IMG/VR virus record: IMGVR_UViG_3300050821_008494 | From: a virus | Taxonomy: Duplodnaviria > Heunggongvirae > Uroviricota > Caudoviricetes | Reading direction: 5' to 3' (one strand) | Length of the DNA stretch: 50,504 bases | Part shown: positions 43,877-50,504 of the stretch, one piece after another | Layout of the letters: every line of letters begins with the position of its first letter | Numbering within the stretch: the stretch's first letter is position 1 | Position numbers and translations under genes: made by a program | Notes under the pieces: generated by a model | What the model saw: the letters and a program-made list of their open reading frames with translations, nothing else | The model's database searches: none | What the model was told of the DNA's origin: nothing

Positions 43877-43992
43877 CCGAAGACGAGGTAACATTCTACA
43901 CTCATGACTTCATATTGAACCGAAGTCCGTGGCACGAACACCTCGGAAACATTCCAGTGACAATCACACTCGACGGAGTCTTGAGATACTGA
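43873..43992 (+). CDS. 39-aa micro-protein (not in track)
   Basis: ATGA start; its TGA forms a CTGA overlap with the next gene. Confidence 0.45.
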   Translation: MTEDEVTFYTHDFILNRSPWHEHLGNIPVTITLDGVLRY

Positions 43993-44741
43993 CTCTTCTT
44001 GACGAAGCAAAGTCTCGCATAACGGAAGACATCAAGGCAGGCAAGCACGCAATAGTCTACGGTCCTCACGGCATCGGTAAGAACTACACAATCTCCTTCG
44101 CAGCAAAGAGCCTCGGCTTCTCCATAGTCCGCATCACAAGTGCCGACAATCTCCAAGAGATGAGGGCGACCTACCTCGCAGTATCTCAGGCCGAGTCCCT
44201 AGTCCCTACCATGATAGTCGTCCAAGACGCCGAGAACATTGACGACGTCTACTTCCTCGAAGAGCTTGCCACGAAGAGCATCCATCCGGTCTTCCTAGTC
44301 TGCTCTATGGTCTCCCGCAAAATCTCCCCGAAGCTGAAGGCGAAGTTTGATGTCATTCGTTTCCCAGAGCCTCGCCTTGCCGAGGTCGTCGCAATAATCA
44401 AGATGAAGCTCCCGCAGGACGAGCAGATTGACTTTCAGAACGTTACAACCGACATACGCCAGAGCCTCCTCAATGTCAGCACAGGCTCCTCGTCCTACAA
44501 GACAGAGAGCACCATAGAGGAACTCGAAGACCTCTTCATCCGTGGAATCCTAAGTCCGAACCTAGAGAAGCATCAGTGGCTCTGGATGCTTGTGTATGGC
44601 AACATACTCAACTTTTATTCTCCTCCGGACGTTGTAGCCTCGTTCGAGATTTTGCAGGAGGCAGAGCTTTACAACAAACCTCAGATGCTCACGCTCCTAC
44701 CGCGAGGAAGAGGCAAGGCTACATTCCCAAGGGGTCGGTGA
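43989..44741 (+). CDS. Truncated RFC large-subunit-like AAA+ protein (probable CTG start)
   Basis: AIVYGPHGIGKN..SFAAKSLG..IV.I.S, degenerate Walker B (VQDAE), PVFLVC, IRFPEP, TDIRQSL. Confidence 0.6.
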   Translation: MTLLDEAKSRITEDIKAGKHAIVYGPHGIGKNYTISFAAKSLGFSIVRITSADNLQEMRATYLAVSQAESLVPTMIVVQDAENIDDVYFLEELATKSIHPVFLVCSMVSRKISPKLKAKFDVIRFPEPRLAEVVAIIKMKLPQDEQIDFQNVTTDIRQSLLNVSTGSSSYKTESTIEELEDLFIRGILSPNLEKHQWLWMLVYGNILNFYSPPDVVASFEILQEAELYNKPQMLTLLPRGRGKATFPRGR

Positions 44742-44745
44742 CTTA

Positions 44746-44907
44746 GTGTCAAGGTGCGACATCTGCCTCAAGGAGGACTCAATCATGAAAGTCGGTTCTC
44801 TTGTTGAAACCGGCCAAGAGTGTTGGAACAAGATTTCGAAGCGCAAGGTAAAGATAACTCCGACAACGAAGGCCGAGACTCTAAGGAGGGTCATTGGCTT
44901 TGGGTGA
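44746..44907 (+). CDS. Small hypothetical protein (53 aa)
   Basis: CDIC...EC; overlaps the next start. Confidence 0.4.
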   Translation: MSRCDICLKEDSIMKVGSLVETGQECWNKISKRKVKITPTTKAETLRRVIGFG

Positions 44908-46258
44908 TTTCATTACAGACCTCTCAGCGCACATTCAAGCCCACTGCGAGACTAATCCTCTCTGGGCGGACACAGTCTCAATGGCTACTCTCGCTTCTGT
45001 TCTCGAAGGCCTACACTTCACGACCATAGTCGGCCCTCTGAACCTGAACATCTACGCCCTCTGTATCGGACCCAGCGGACTCGCCAACAAGACAGTTCCC
45101 ATGAAGAACTTCGTGATGCCAATCCTAGAGAAGGCAGGAGAGGTCGCGAGTTCTGACTTCGTCCTCCCTTCGAGGTTCTCTCTCGAAGGTCTGATAGCAC
45201 GGCTCAATGAAGGGAGCAAGAAGTCCTCCGGTCTAATCTGGACAGACGAGTTCACCCACGTTCTCAAGGAGGCATACGGCGCAGGCTACCTCTCCGAGAT
45301 TCTAGAATTCCTAAGTGAACTCTACGATGGCACAGCCCAGAAGCGCTACACCAAGAAGGCAAAGCTCGAAGAGTCCAAGAACGTCTTCGTGAACTTCCTG
45401 AGTGCGACAACTCCATACATCTACGAAGTCATGAAGCCTGAGATGTTCCTTCAAGGGACAGCCAACAGATTCCTCTTCGTGGTCTTCAAGGACGCAGTCG
45501 AGAGGAAATACACACCAGACCAATACTTCGCCAGAGACGATGCTGTCCAAAACTCGAAGGAGACTAACGACCTTTTTGGAGCAACCCTCGGAGAGCTTCG
45601 CAGACAGCTAGACCATGGCTACAGGGTAGACATAGACCGGGAGAGCAACGCAGGCAAAATACTCCTCGACTTCCGGGAGCGCTGTATCAAACAGACCAGA
45701 GAACAATACTCTGAGGCTCGCCCTCGGGACTTCGGCTACAGCTACCTAGTCCGCCAGCCCGAAATCTGTTTCAAGGTCGCAGCAATCAAAGCAGTTAGCG
45801 ACTACTGCGGAAGCGACTATACCAAGAGTTCCTTCTTCCGCTCGAAGGTCCTGAGAGAGATTCTGATTAAGGAAGCCCACGCCAAATGGGCAGTTGACAT
45901 GATGGCTCTTTATCAAGCCAACTTCCTGAGACTTCAAGAAGAGTGGGGCAGGCACACGACGGAGAAGAAGCCCGTCCTAACTCTCGACAAGCACCAAGAC
46001 CTGATACGGGGTTACATCAAGGACGCCGGTGGAGCAATTCTCCTGAAGGTTCTGAAGAACCAGATGAGCATCAAAGGTTCCGAAGTTACCGACACCCTTG
46101 AGACCATGACATCTACCGTAGAGCTTTTCCCTAATCACGAGAACCCTGTTGACAGTCCTCGTTACAATCAGCTCTGCATCCAGTTGAAGGTCGTTAGAAG
46201 CTCTAAGGGAGGAGCACCTCCGCAGATAGTAGCCTTCAAACCAAAACAGAAGAAGTGA
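44894..46258 (+). CDS. DUF3987/YfjI-like AAA+ helicase with C-terminal wHTH-like region
   Basis: NIYALCIGPSGLANKT, FSLEGLI, LIWTDEF, SELYDG, LSATTP, GTANRFL; RBS AAGGAGG. Confidence 0.75.
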   Translation: MALGDFITDLSAHIQAHCETNPLWADTVSMATLASVLEGLHFTTIVGPLNLNIYALCIGPSGLANKTVPMKNFVMPILEKAGEVASSDFVLPSRFSLEGLIARLNEGSKKSSGLIWTDEFTHVLKEAYGAGYLSEILEFLSELYDGTAQKRYTKKAKLEESKNVFVNFLSATTPYIYEVMKPEMFLQGTANRFLFVVFKDAVERKYTPDQYFARDDAVQNSKETNDLFGATLGELRRQLDHGYRVDIDRESNAGKILLDFRERCIKQTREQYSEARPRDFGYSYLVRQPEICFKVAAIKAVSDYCGSDYTKSSFFRSKVLREILIKEAHAKWAVDMMALYQANFLRLQEEWGRHTTEKKPVLTLDKHQDLIRGYIKDAGGAILLKVLKNQMSIKGSEVTDTLETMTSTVELFPNHENPVDSPRYNQLCIQLKVVRSSKGGAPPQIVAFKPKQKK

Positions 46259-46281
46259 CAACAAAAACTCCTAAATGCGAT

Positions 46282-46298
46282 GGGCTTTACTTAAGCCC
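46282..46298 (+). promoter_or_regulatory. Operator variant (copy 5, weaker)
   Basis: GGGCTTT-ACT-TAAGCCC followed by AACAATG; same spacing to ATG as copy 3. Confidence 0.4.
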
Positions 46299-46302
46299 AA
46301 CA

Positions 46303-46548
46303 ATGAAAGCATGGAAGTTCTACGCCTACCTCGGAGGCTCATTCATCTCCATAGCAGGAGTGCTTGCTCTCTACACGCTCCTCGCTCCCAACACCTACAT
46401 CTTCTACGCAGCCCTAGTCTTCGTGGTGATGACAATCCACGCAAGTATCTACGCCGAGTGGAAGTATCTCAAACACCCCACCGAAGAGGCCAACCTGAAA
46501 AGTTCGAAGTCTCCACGCGAGCCGAAACCAATCTCGGGTTCAACCTGA
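46303..46548 (+). CDS. Small two-TM membrane protein
   Basis: MKAWKFYAYLGG... (GTG 46255 is an alternative start). Confidence 0.6.
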   Translation: MKAWKFYAYLGGSFISIAGVLALYTLLAPNTYIFYAALVFVVMTIHASIYAEWKYLKHPTEEANLKSSKSPREPKPISGST

Positions 46549-46557
46549 GTCTTGGCT

Positions 46558-46586
46558 CGGCTTCCTCCTTTTTGTTATCCGAAGCC
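46558..46586 (+). terminator. Oligo-T tract inside a GGCTTC/GAAGCC inverted repeat
   Basis: CGGCTTCCTCCTTTTTGTTATCCGAAGCC after the stop at 46548. Confidence 0.4.
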
Positions 46587-46628
46587 CTAGCATGGAGTTT
46601 ATCTGAGCACACATTCCTCCTTCGCTCT

Positions 46629-46850
46629 ATGCCACGAGGAAGATTCAGAGAGCCGCTCCCGCTTCTCTCGGAAGAGTGGAAGTGTCGAGCACCCGGATGC
46701 GGTGTCACTATGGAGGCCGGAGAAGACACAACCAATCGCCATATGCAGATTCCTATGGCCAAGGACAAGAGGCAGGCCAAGAAGGAAGGAAGGGACGCTG
46801 TTCAGACTCACGGGCTCTACGGCTTCATCGGAATGGGCGAAGTCATCTAA
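46629..46850 (+). CDS. C2H2-like Zn-finger protein
   Basis: WKCRAPGCG...RH...TH. Confidence 0.5.
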   Translation: MPRGRFREPLPLLSEEWKCRAPGCGVTMEAGEDTTNRHMQIPMAKDKRQAKKEGRDAVQTHGLYGFIGMGEVI

Positions 46851-46861
46851 GTCCCATTCAC

Positions 46862-46908
46862 ACAGGAAATCCTGCCAACAGTATAAATAACCTGCCCTTA
46901 TCTTATGC
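46862..46908 (+). promoter_or_regulatory. Promoter with inverted operator (copy 6)
   Basis: ACAGGAAA, then TATAAATA (46882-46889), then CCTTA-TCT-TATGC (46896-46908; reverse complement GCATA-AGA-TAAGG); ATG at 46912. Confidence 0.7.
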
Positions 46909-46911
46909 CCA

Positions 46912-47088
46912 ATGATGTGTGCAAAAACGGAAGGCGCGACGGCTACGCGAAGCGTTAGGTCTTCTTGGGAGGTTATTTTCCCAGTAGAAGCGCGACACGT
47001 AGACAACAGCAGGCAGAAGGACAGTAACACCCGACACGGCAGGTGGGTGCACGTCCCGAAGATTTACTCGATGGAGGTGTCTGCATGA
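46912..47088 (+). CDS. 58-aa micro-protein with MMCAKT leader (not in track)
   Basis: MMCAKTEGATATRSVRSS...; ends in an ATGA overlap with the next gene. Confidence 0.5.
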   Translation: MMCAKTEGATATRSVRSSWEVIFPVEARHVDNSRQKDSNTRHGRWVHVPKIYSMEVSA

Positions 47089-48488
47089 TGGCGGGCACCG
47101 TAGTCTCGACGGCCTCTGACGACGAAGTCGAGGCAGTGGAGACGGTGATACAGGGGTCCCAGAAGGCGCAATATCTAGCTCGCCAGAAGGACTCATTCAT
47201 GGAGCTAGGAGGAGGCCCTCAAGGATGGAGACCAGCTCCTCTGGAAGGCATCGAGCACCGCTACTCTCCCGGCGACACGCTGCGAATGGGCAAGCCTCAA
47301 ATCATCTACCACTTCGCCATTCCAGCAGACTACAACGAAGTCTACCCATACAGCGCAATCATAGTGCGCAAGCACAACGCTGACCCGGATAACGCCGACA
47401 ACCAGATGAACATCCAGCAGCTCAATCATGACGTCTACTGCCAGCTCTGCGGTTGGGCTCCTCTTGTCAACCACTGGCCAATTCTCAACGACAAGCGCAG
47501 GCTTGTAGTTCAAGTCGGCTCCGAGTGCGTCGAGAACTTCATGGGTGCAGGCTACTTGACCAAGGAGGTCAAGAAGTTCCGAGCCACGAAGTTCCGCGAG
47601 GCCTTCGACTCTTGGATTGAGGGAGCCCAAGAGGAATGCGAAAGTCACCGAGGTCCGAGCTACAAGAACAAGTGGGGCAGCATGCAGGCAGGATGGCTCC
47701 CAGAGGAATACTTCTTCTTCGAGAAGAAGCTCGGCAAGCTCGAAGCGAAGACCCTCACGACCCGGAAGATTGTCAACATCTTCAAGGCCGCATACGAGCT
47801 GAAGCTGACAATCCCCGGAGTCGCAGCCCAGATGATAGGACTCCCCGACGCAATCACAGTCAGGAAGGTCGTGGAAGCTCCTAAGTCACCTACCCCAGTA
47901 GAGCAGAAGCCCTCTGCTCCTCCGGCACCCGTAGTCCCTACGGGTCCGAAGCAATTCCAGAGGACTAGGTCCCACGGCAGCATCGTGGAGCTTGAGGTCG
48001 CTCAAGGATGGGTCGAGGCGAACTTCAACAAGGAGTCTCGCCTGTGGGTCCCGAAGGAAGGCGCTACTCCCAAGTCAGCGCAGCCGGTAGCTCCGGTTGC
48101 ACCTGCGGCTCCTTCATCTAGGACCGACATCTCAACAATCACGACCGGAGTCTACGAGACTCCAGACCACACCATCTACGTCGTGCGTCCTAACCGCGAT
48201 GGCACGCGGCACTACGCCAAGAAGCTCAAGCAGGCTCCTAGCGAGCGCACGACAGAATCAGGTCAGCACGTCAACTTCGACTTCGAGTATGACAAGGGAG
48301 CCATCTTCAAGCTCAAGCCGGAATACCGGATGAGCGAGGAGCGAGCGAAGGAGTTGACCGTCCTCTATGGCCACTGTATTGTTTGTGGTCGCACTCTGAA
48401 GGAAGCGAAGTCCGTGGAGCGAGGAATCGGCCCCATATGCATCAAGCTGGTGCGTGGCAAGGCCGCATCCGAGGAGACCACGGCATGA
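47085..48488 (+). CDS. Multidomain protein with a Zn-binding middle and C-terminal DUF6011-like Zn finger
   Basis: CQLCG...HW...GSEC; Pro/Ala linker; HCIVCGRTL...SVERGIGPIC; RBS GGAGGTG before ATG 47085. Confidence 0.7.
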   Translation: MMAGTVVSTASDDEVEAVETVIQGSQKAQYLARQKDSFMELGGGPQGWRPAPLEGIEHRYSPGDTLRMGKPQIIYHFAIPADYNEVYPYSAIIVRKHNADPDNADNQMNIQQLNHDVYCQLCGWAPLVNHWPILNDKRRLVVQVGSECVENFMGAGYLTKEVKKFRATKFREAFDSWIEGAQEECESHRGPSYKNKWGSMQAGWLPEEYFFFEKKLGKLEAKTLTTRKIVNIFKAAYELKLTIPGVAAQMIGLPDAITVRKVVEAPKSPTPVEQKPSAPPAPVVPTGPKQFQRTRSHGSIVELEVAQGWVEANFNKESRLWVPKEGATPKSAQPVAPVAPAAPSSRTDISTITTGVYETPDHTIYVVRPNRDGTRHYAKKLKQAPSERTTESGQHVNFDFEYDKGAIFKLKPEYRMSEERAKELTVLYGHCIVCGRTLKEAKSVERGIGPICIKLVRGKAASEETTA

Positions 48489-48928
48489 CGTCTCTCAAGC
48501 CGGGAGACTACATCGTCAGCGACTTCGTCTCTTTCGGCAGGAAGGAAATCCGAGTCCACAAGCTCGCCGAGAAAGGCTGGACTGCCTACGACACCCACAA
48601 GGTCTCCGGGACTTCGTATGGCTCCTTCGAAGACCTCATGAAGAACGGGCTCAAGGCAGGCAGGCCCTACACAGAGACCAAGAAGGCCGGGATGTTCTCA
48701 CCGGGACTCGACCTTCCGATGAACTGCTGGCGCATACCCGACAGCGCAGCTCAGAGGTTCTTCGACGCAATGGATACTCGCATCAAGAAGCTGGAGAGCG
48801 AGATATCAGACCTGCGGACGAAGAAGTATGAGTATGCCAAGGAGCATCGCCTCGAATGGGATATGCCAACTCTGAAGGACCTCAAGGCCTTCCTCTCAGA
48901 GAACAAGCACAGGGAGGTGACTTCGTAG
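48485..48928 (+). CDS. Hypothetical protein
   Basis: ATGA start; C-terminal coiled coil. Confidence 0.6.
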   Translation: MTSLKPGDYIVSDFVSFGRKEIRVHKLAEKGWTAYDTHKVSGTSYGSFEDLMKNGLKAGRPYTETKKAGMFSPGLDLPMNCWRIPDSAAQRFFDAMDTRIKKLESEISDLRTKKYEYAKEHRLEWDMPTLKDLKAFLSENKHREVTS

Positions 48929-49300
48929 ATGGCAACCAAGCTCTTCGGAAGGTCCGTCTTCTACCAGTCTATTGGAGGAGGACTCCAGACTCTGACTAGG
49001 TTCAACGAGGAGGAAGTGAGAACAGCTTCCCTCTACGAGGAAGAGGTCCATATGTTCACTAACATCCTCCGTGAGGGCACAATGATGTATGACCCTCACA
49101 AGTTCGCCCGGACAGACGCAATCATCCTTCGATTCGTCAATGGCGATGCGGTCTTCTTCCGCATCGACGGGACTCCATGCCTCCTCCAAATCATGGGACC
49201 TCCAAACACGGTCCCGGGTTGCACCAACTACGAACTCTGCGACACCGATAACCCAGAAGGGCTCGAAGTCAGACAGAAGGCCTCGGAGGTGCCGACTTAG
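48929..49300 (+). CDS. Hypothetical protein
   Basis: TAG-ATG abutting; GGAGGTG upstream. Confidence 0.6.
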   Translation: MATKLFGRSVFYQSIGGGLQTLTRFNEEEVRTASLYEEEVHMFTNILREGTMMYDPHKFARTDAIILRFVNGDAVFFRIDGTPCLLQIMGPPNTVPGCTNYELCDTDNPEGLEVRQKASEVPT

Positions 49301-49301
49301 A

Positions 49302-49742
49302 ATGGCAACCAAGGCCAAGGTGCAACTGGTAATACTCCCAGACGCAGAACCCAACCTCGACTCCATCTCTGACTTGCTCGGGCTTCATCAATACGAGAAG
49401 GACTCAGAGAAGATGACAGTCGCATTCAACCTCGCCAAGTCGAGCGACTTCGAATCTTTCAAGGCCATGATATTCGGTTATGCCGAGAAGCGTGGCCTTG
49501 AGCTTCTGATTCGAGGGCAATACGGAGCAGGCGTCAAGGACCCCAAGGCTCTCGACGAAGTCCTCAAGAGGTGGCACACCTTCTTCGTGAAGTGGGCTCA
49601 TCTCTTCGAGGCCGACGTTCACTTCACTCGCTACATAGTAGGGCAGCACGAGGGCTATGTTCTTCAAACGAGCTTCGAAAGATTCCAGAACTTCGGCTTC
49701 GAGGAGGCCGTAGACATCAGTCCTGTCGAGGAGGCGATTTAG
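49302..49742 (+). CDS. Hypothetical protein
   Basis: TAG-A-ATG; GGAGGTG upstream. Confidence 0.6.
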   Translation: MATKAKVQLVILPDAEPNLDSISDLLGLHQYEKDSEKMTVAFNLAKSSDFESFKAMIFGYAEKRGLELLIRGQYGAGVKDPKALDEVLKRWHTFFVKWAHLFEADVHFTRYIVGQHEGYVLQTSFERFQNFGFEEAVDISPVEEAI

Positions 49743-49743
49743 G

Positions 49744-50238
49744 ATGGCCAACTCTCTGAGCATCCTAGAGAAGCACACAGACGACTCCGACGATGGTCAT
49801 GTCTACTGGGAAGTCTGCGCGGCTTTCTTAAGACACAAGGGCTTCGTCGTAGAATGGAGCGAGCATCTCTACATCAGCGATGTGCCTTGGGACTTCGGGC
49901 ACTTTGCGACGGACGAAGGAGAGGGGAACAAGGCAGGACGGCAGCAGGAGAAGTATCGCCTCGGAGCGAAGATACGGACTCTCCTTACTAGCAAGGAGTT
50001 CGAGGACTACAAGAGGACGTGGCTCGACCGACTCAAGAAGGACGTCCTCGCCATAGATTTCGAGAAAATGAAATCACAGCACGACGACTTCCCTCCAACT
50101 CCAAAGGAAGTAGCAGAGGCAAAGGCAAAGGAGAAGCCCAAGGCAAGGTTCTGTCGCTACTGTGGAGTCGAGTTAGGCTCCGGGAAGCCTCATGCTACTG
50201 ATTGCCCTGTCTCAAAGAAAGGAGGACCGAGACCTTGA
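49744..50238 (+). CDS. Hypothetical protein with C-terminal Zn finger
   Basis: FCRYCG...HATDCP. Confidence 0.6.
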   Translation: MANSLSILEKHTDDSDDGHVYWEVCAAFLRHKGFVVEWSEHLYISDVPWDFGHFATDEGEGNKAGRQQEKYRLGAKIRTLLTSKEFEDYKRTWLDRLKKDVLAIDFEKMKSQHDDFPPTPKEVAEAKAKEKPKARFCRYCGVELGSGKPHATDCPVSKKGGPRP

Positions 50239-50504
50239 GCGACTACTACGACATCGAAGTCCTCAAGGAAGGCAGGAAGGTAGGGACTTCGACCTACGGA
50301 AAGTTCGTAATAGCTCCAGCAGGCACAGTGATAGTCGTGAAGCTCATTCACGGCTCCGGAGGCTCTCTTGAGAAGCAGCGCTTCACGAAGGCAGGAGGAA
50401 TCAGATGGATACGCCATTCCATAAAGTATCAGGCGAGGTCAGAAGTCGTCGCCGTGTCAGAATCTCTAGTCCGGGAGTTCTTGACGTATGCCTCGTTCTG
50501 GGGA
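50235..50504 (+). CDS. Hypothetical protein, 3'-truncated
   Basis: TTGA start; frame open to the window end. Confidence 0.5.
   Translation, partial: MSDYYDIEVLKEGRKVGTSTYGKFVIAPAGTVIVVKLIHGSGGSLEKQRFTKAGGIRWIRHSIKYQARSEVVAVSESLVREFLTYASFWG

Noticed and set aside
48929-49760. Similar starts ATGGCAACCAAG / ATGGCCAAC of three consecutive genes
   Set aside because: The similarity is only 9-12 nt and the proteins are unrelated afterwards; it probably reflects initiation-context preference.
1-50504. Reverse-strand and alternate-frame ORFs in the track
   Set aside because: They are shadows of strongly biased + strand genes, with no motifs, RBS or coupling; I accepted none on the minus strand.
1-50504. 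Stop-codon reassignment (TAG or TGA read as sense)
   Set aside because: Recognisable genes are uninterrupted, and both TAG and TGA end genes right at the next start (7966/7970, 10882/10885, 13011/13012 and many NTGA overlaps).
1-50504. tRNA, rRNA, integrase or IS elements
   Set aside because: No cloverleaf, T-loop consensus, recombinase or transposase motifs seen; the intergenic gaps are mostly too short. tRNAscan was not run.

Overview
About 50 kb of a large dsDNA archaeal virus or provirus, probably head-tailed (no capsid, terminase or integrase is in the window, so class and host are inferred). Every credible gene is on the + strand and tightly coupled by NTGA or TAG-n-start overlaps. Layout: (1) 1-7430, end of a structural/surface module with a >1,760-aa repeat-built adhesin/fibre, a holin-like protein, a secreted Thr-rich protein and a membrane protein. 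(2) 7460-20035, early region with a zincin, an XPB-like helicase fused to AbrB-like domains, a PEP-utiliser phospho-His protein, many micro-proteins and an AbrB-like regulator. (3) 20129-46550, archaeal-type replication/repair set (RPA-like SSB, Sak4-like ATPase, PCNA-like clamp, PriS-PriL fusion, PolB, RNase HI, EndoQ, XPF-like nuclease, RFC small and truncated large subunit, RecB/Cas4-like nuclease, DUF3987 helicase). It is interleaved with a candidate nucleotide-modification set (MazG, FAD oxidoreductase, dUTPase-like/HAD fusion, two DUF1599/Nmad1-like proteins, a ThyX homolog with a rewritten active site, an amino-MTase-like protein) and a prepilin peptidase. (4) 46860-end, a second early-type unit. 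Non-coding highlights: a repeated TATA + CTTA-N3-TAAG operator architecture, apparent purging of GATC and GTAC, and repeated apparent CTG starts. All functional calls come from motif recognition by eye; no searches or counts were run.
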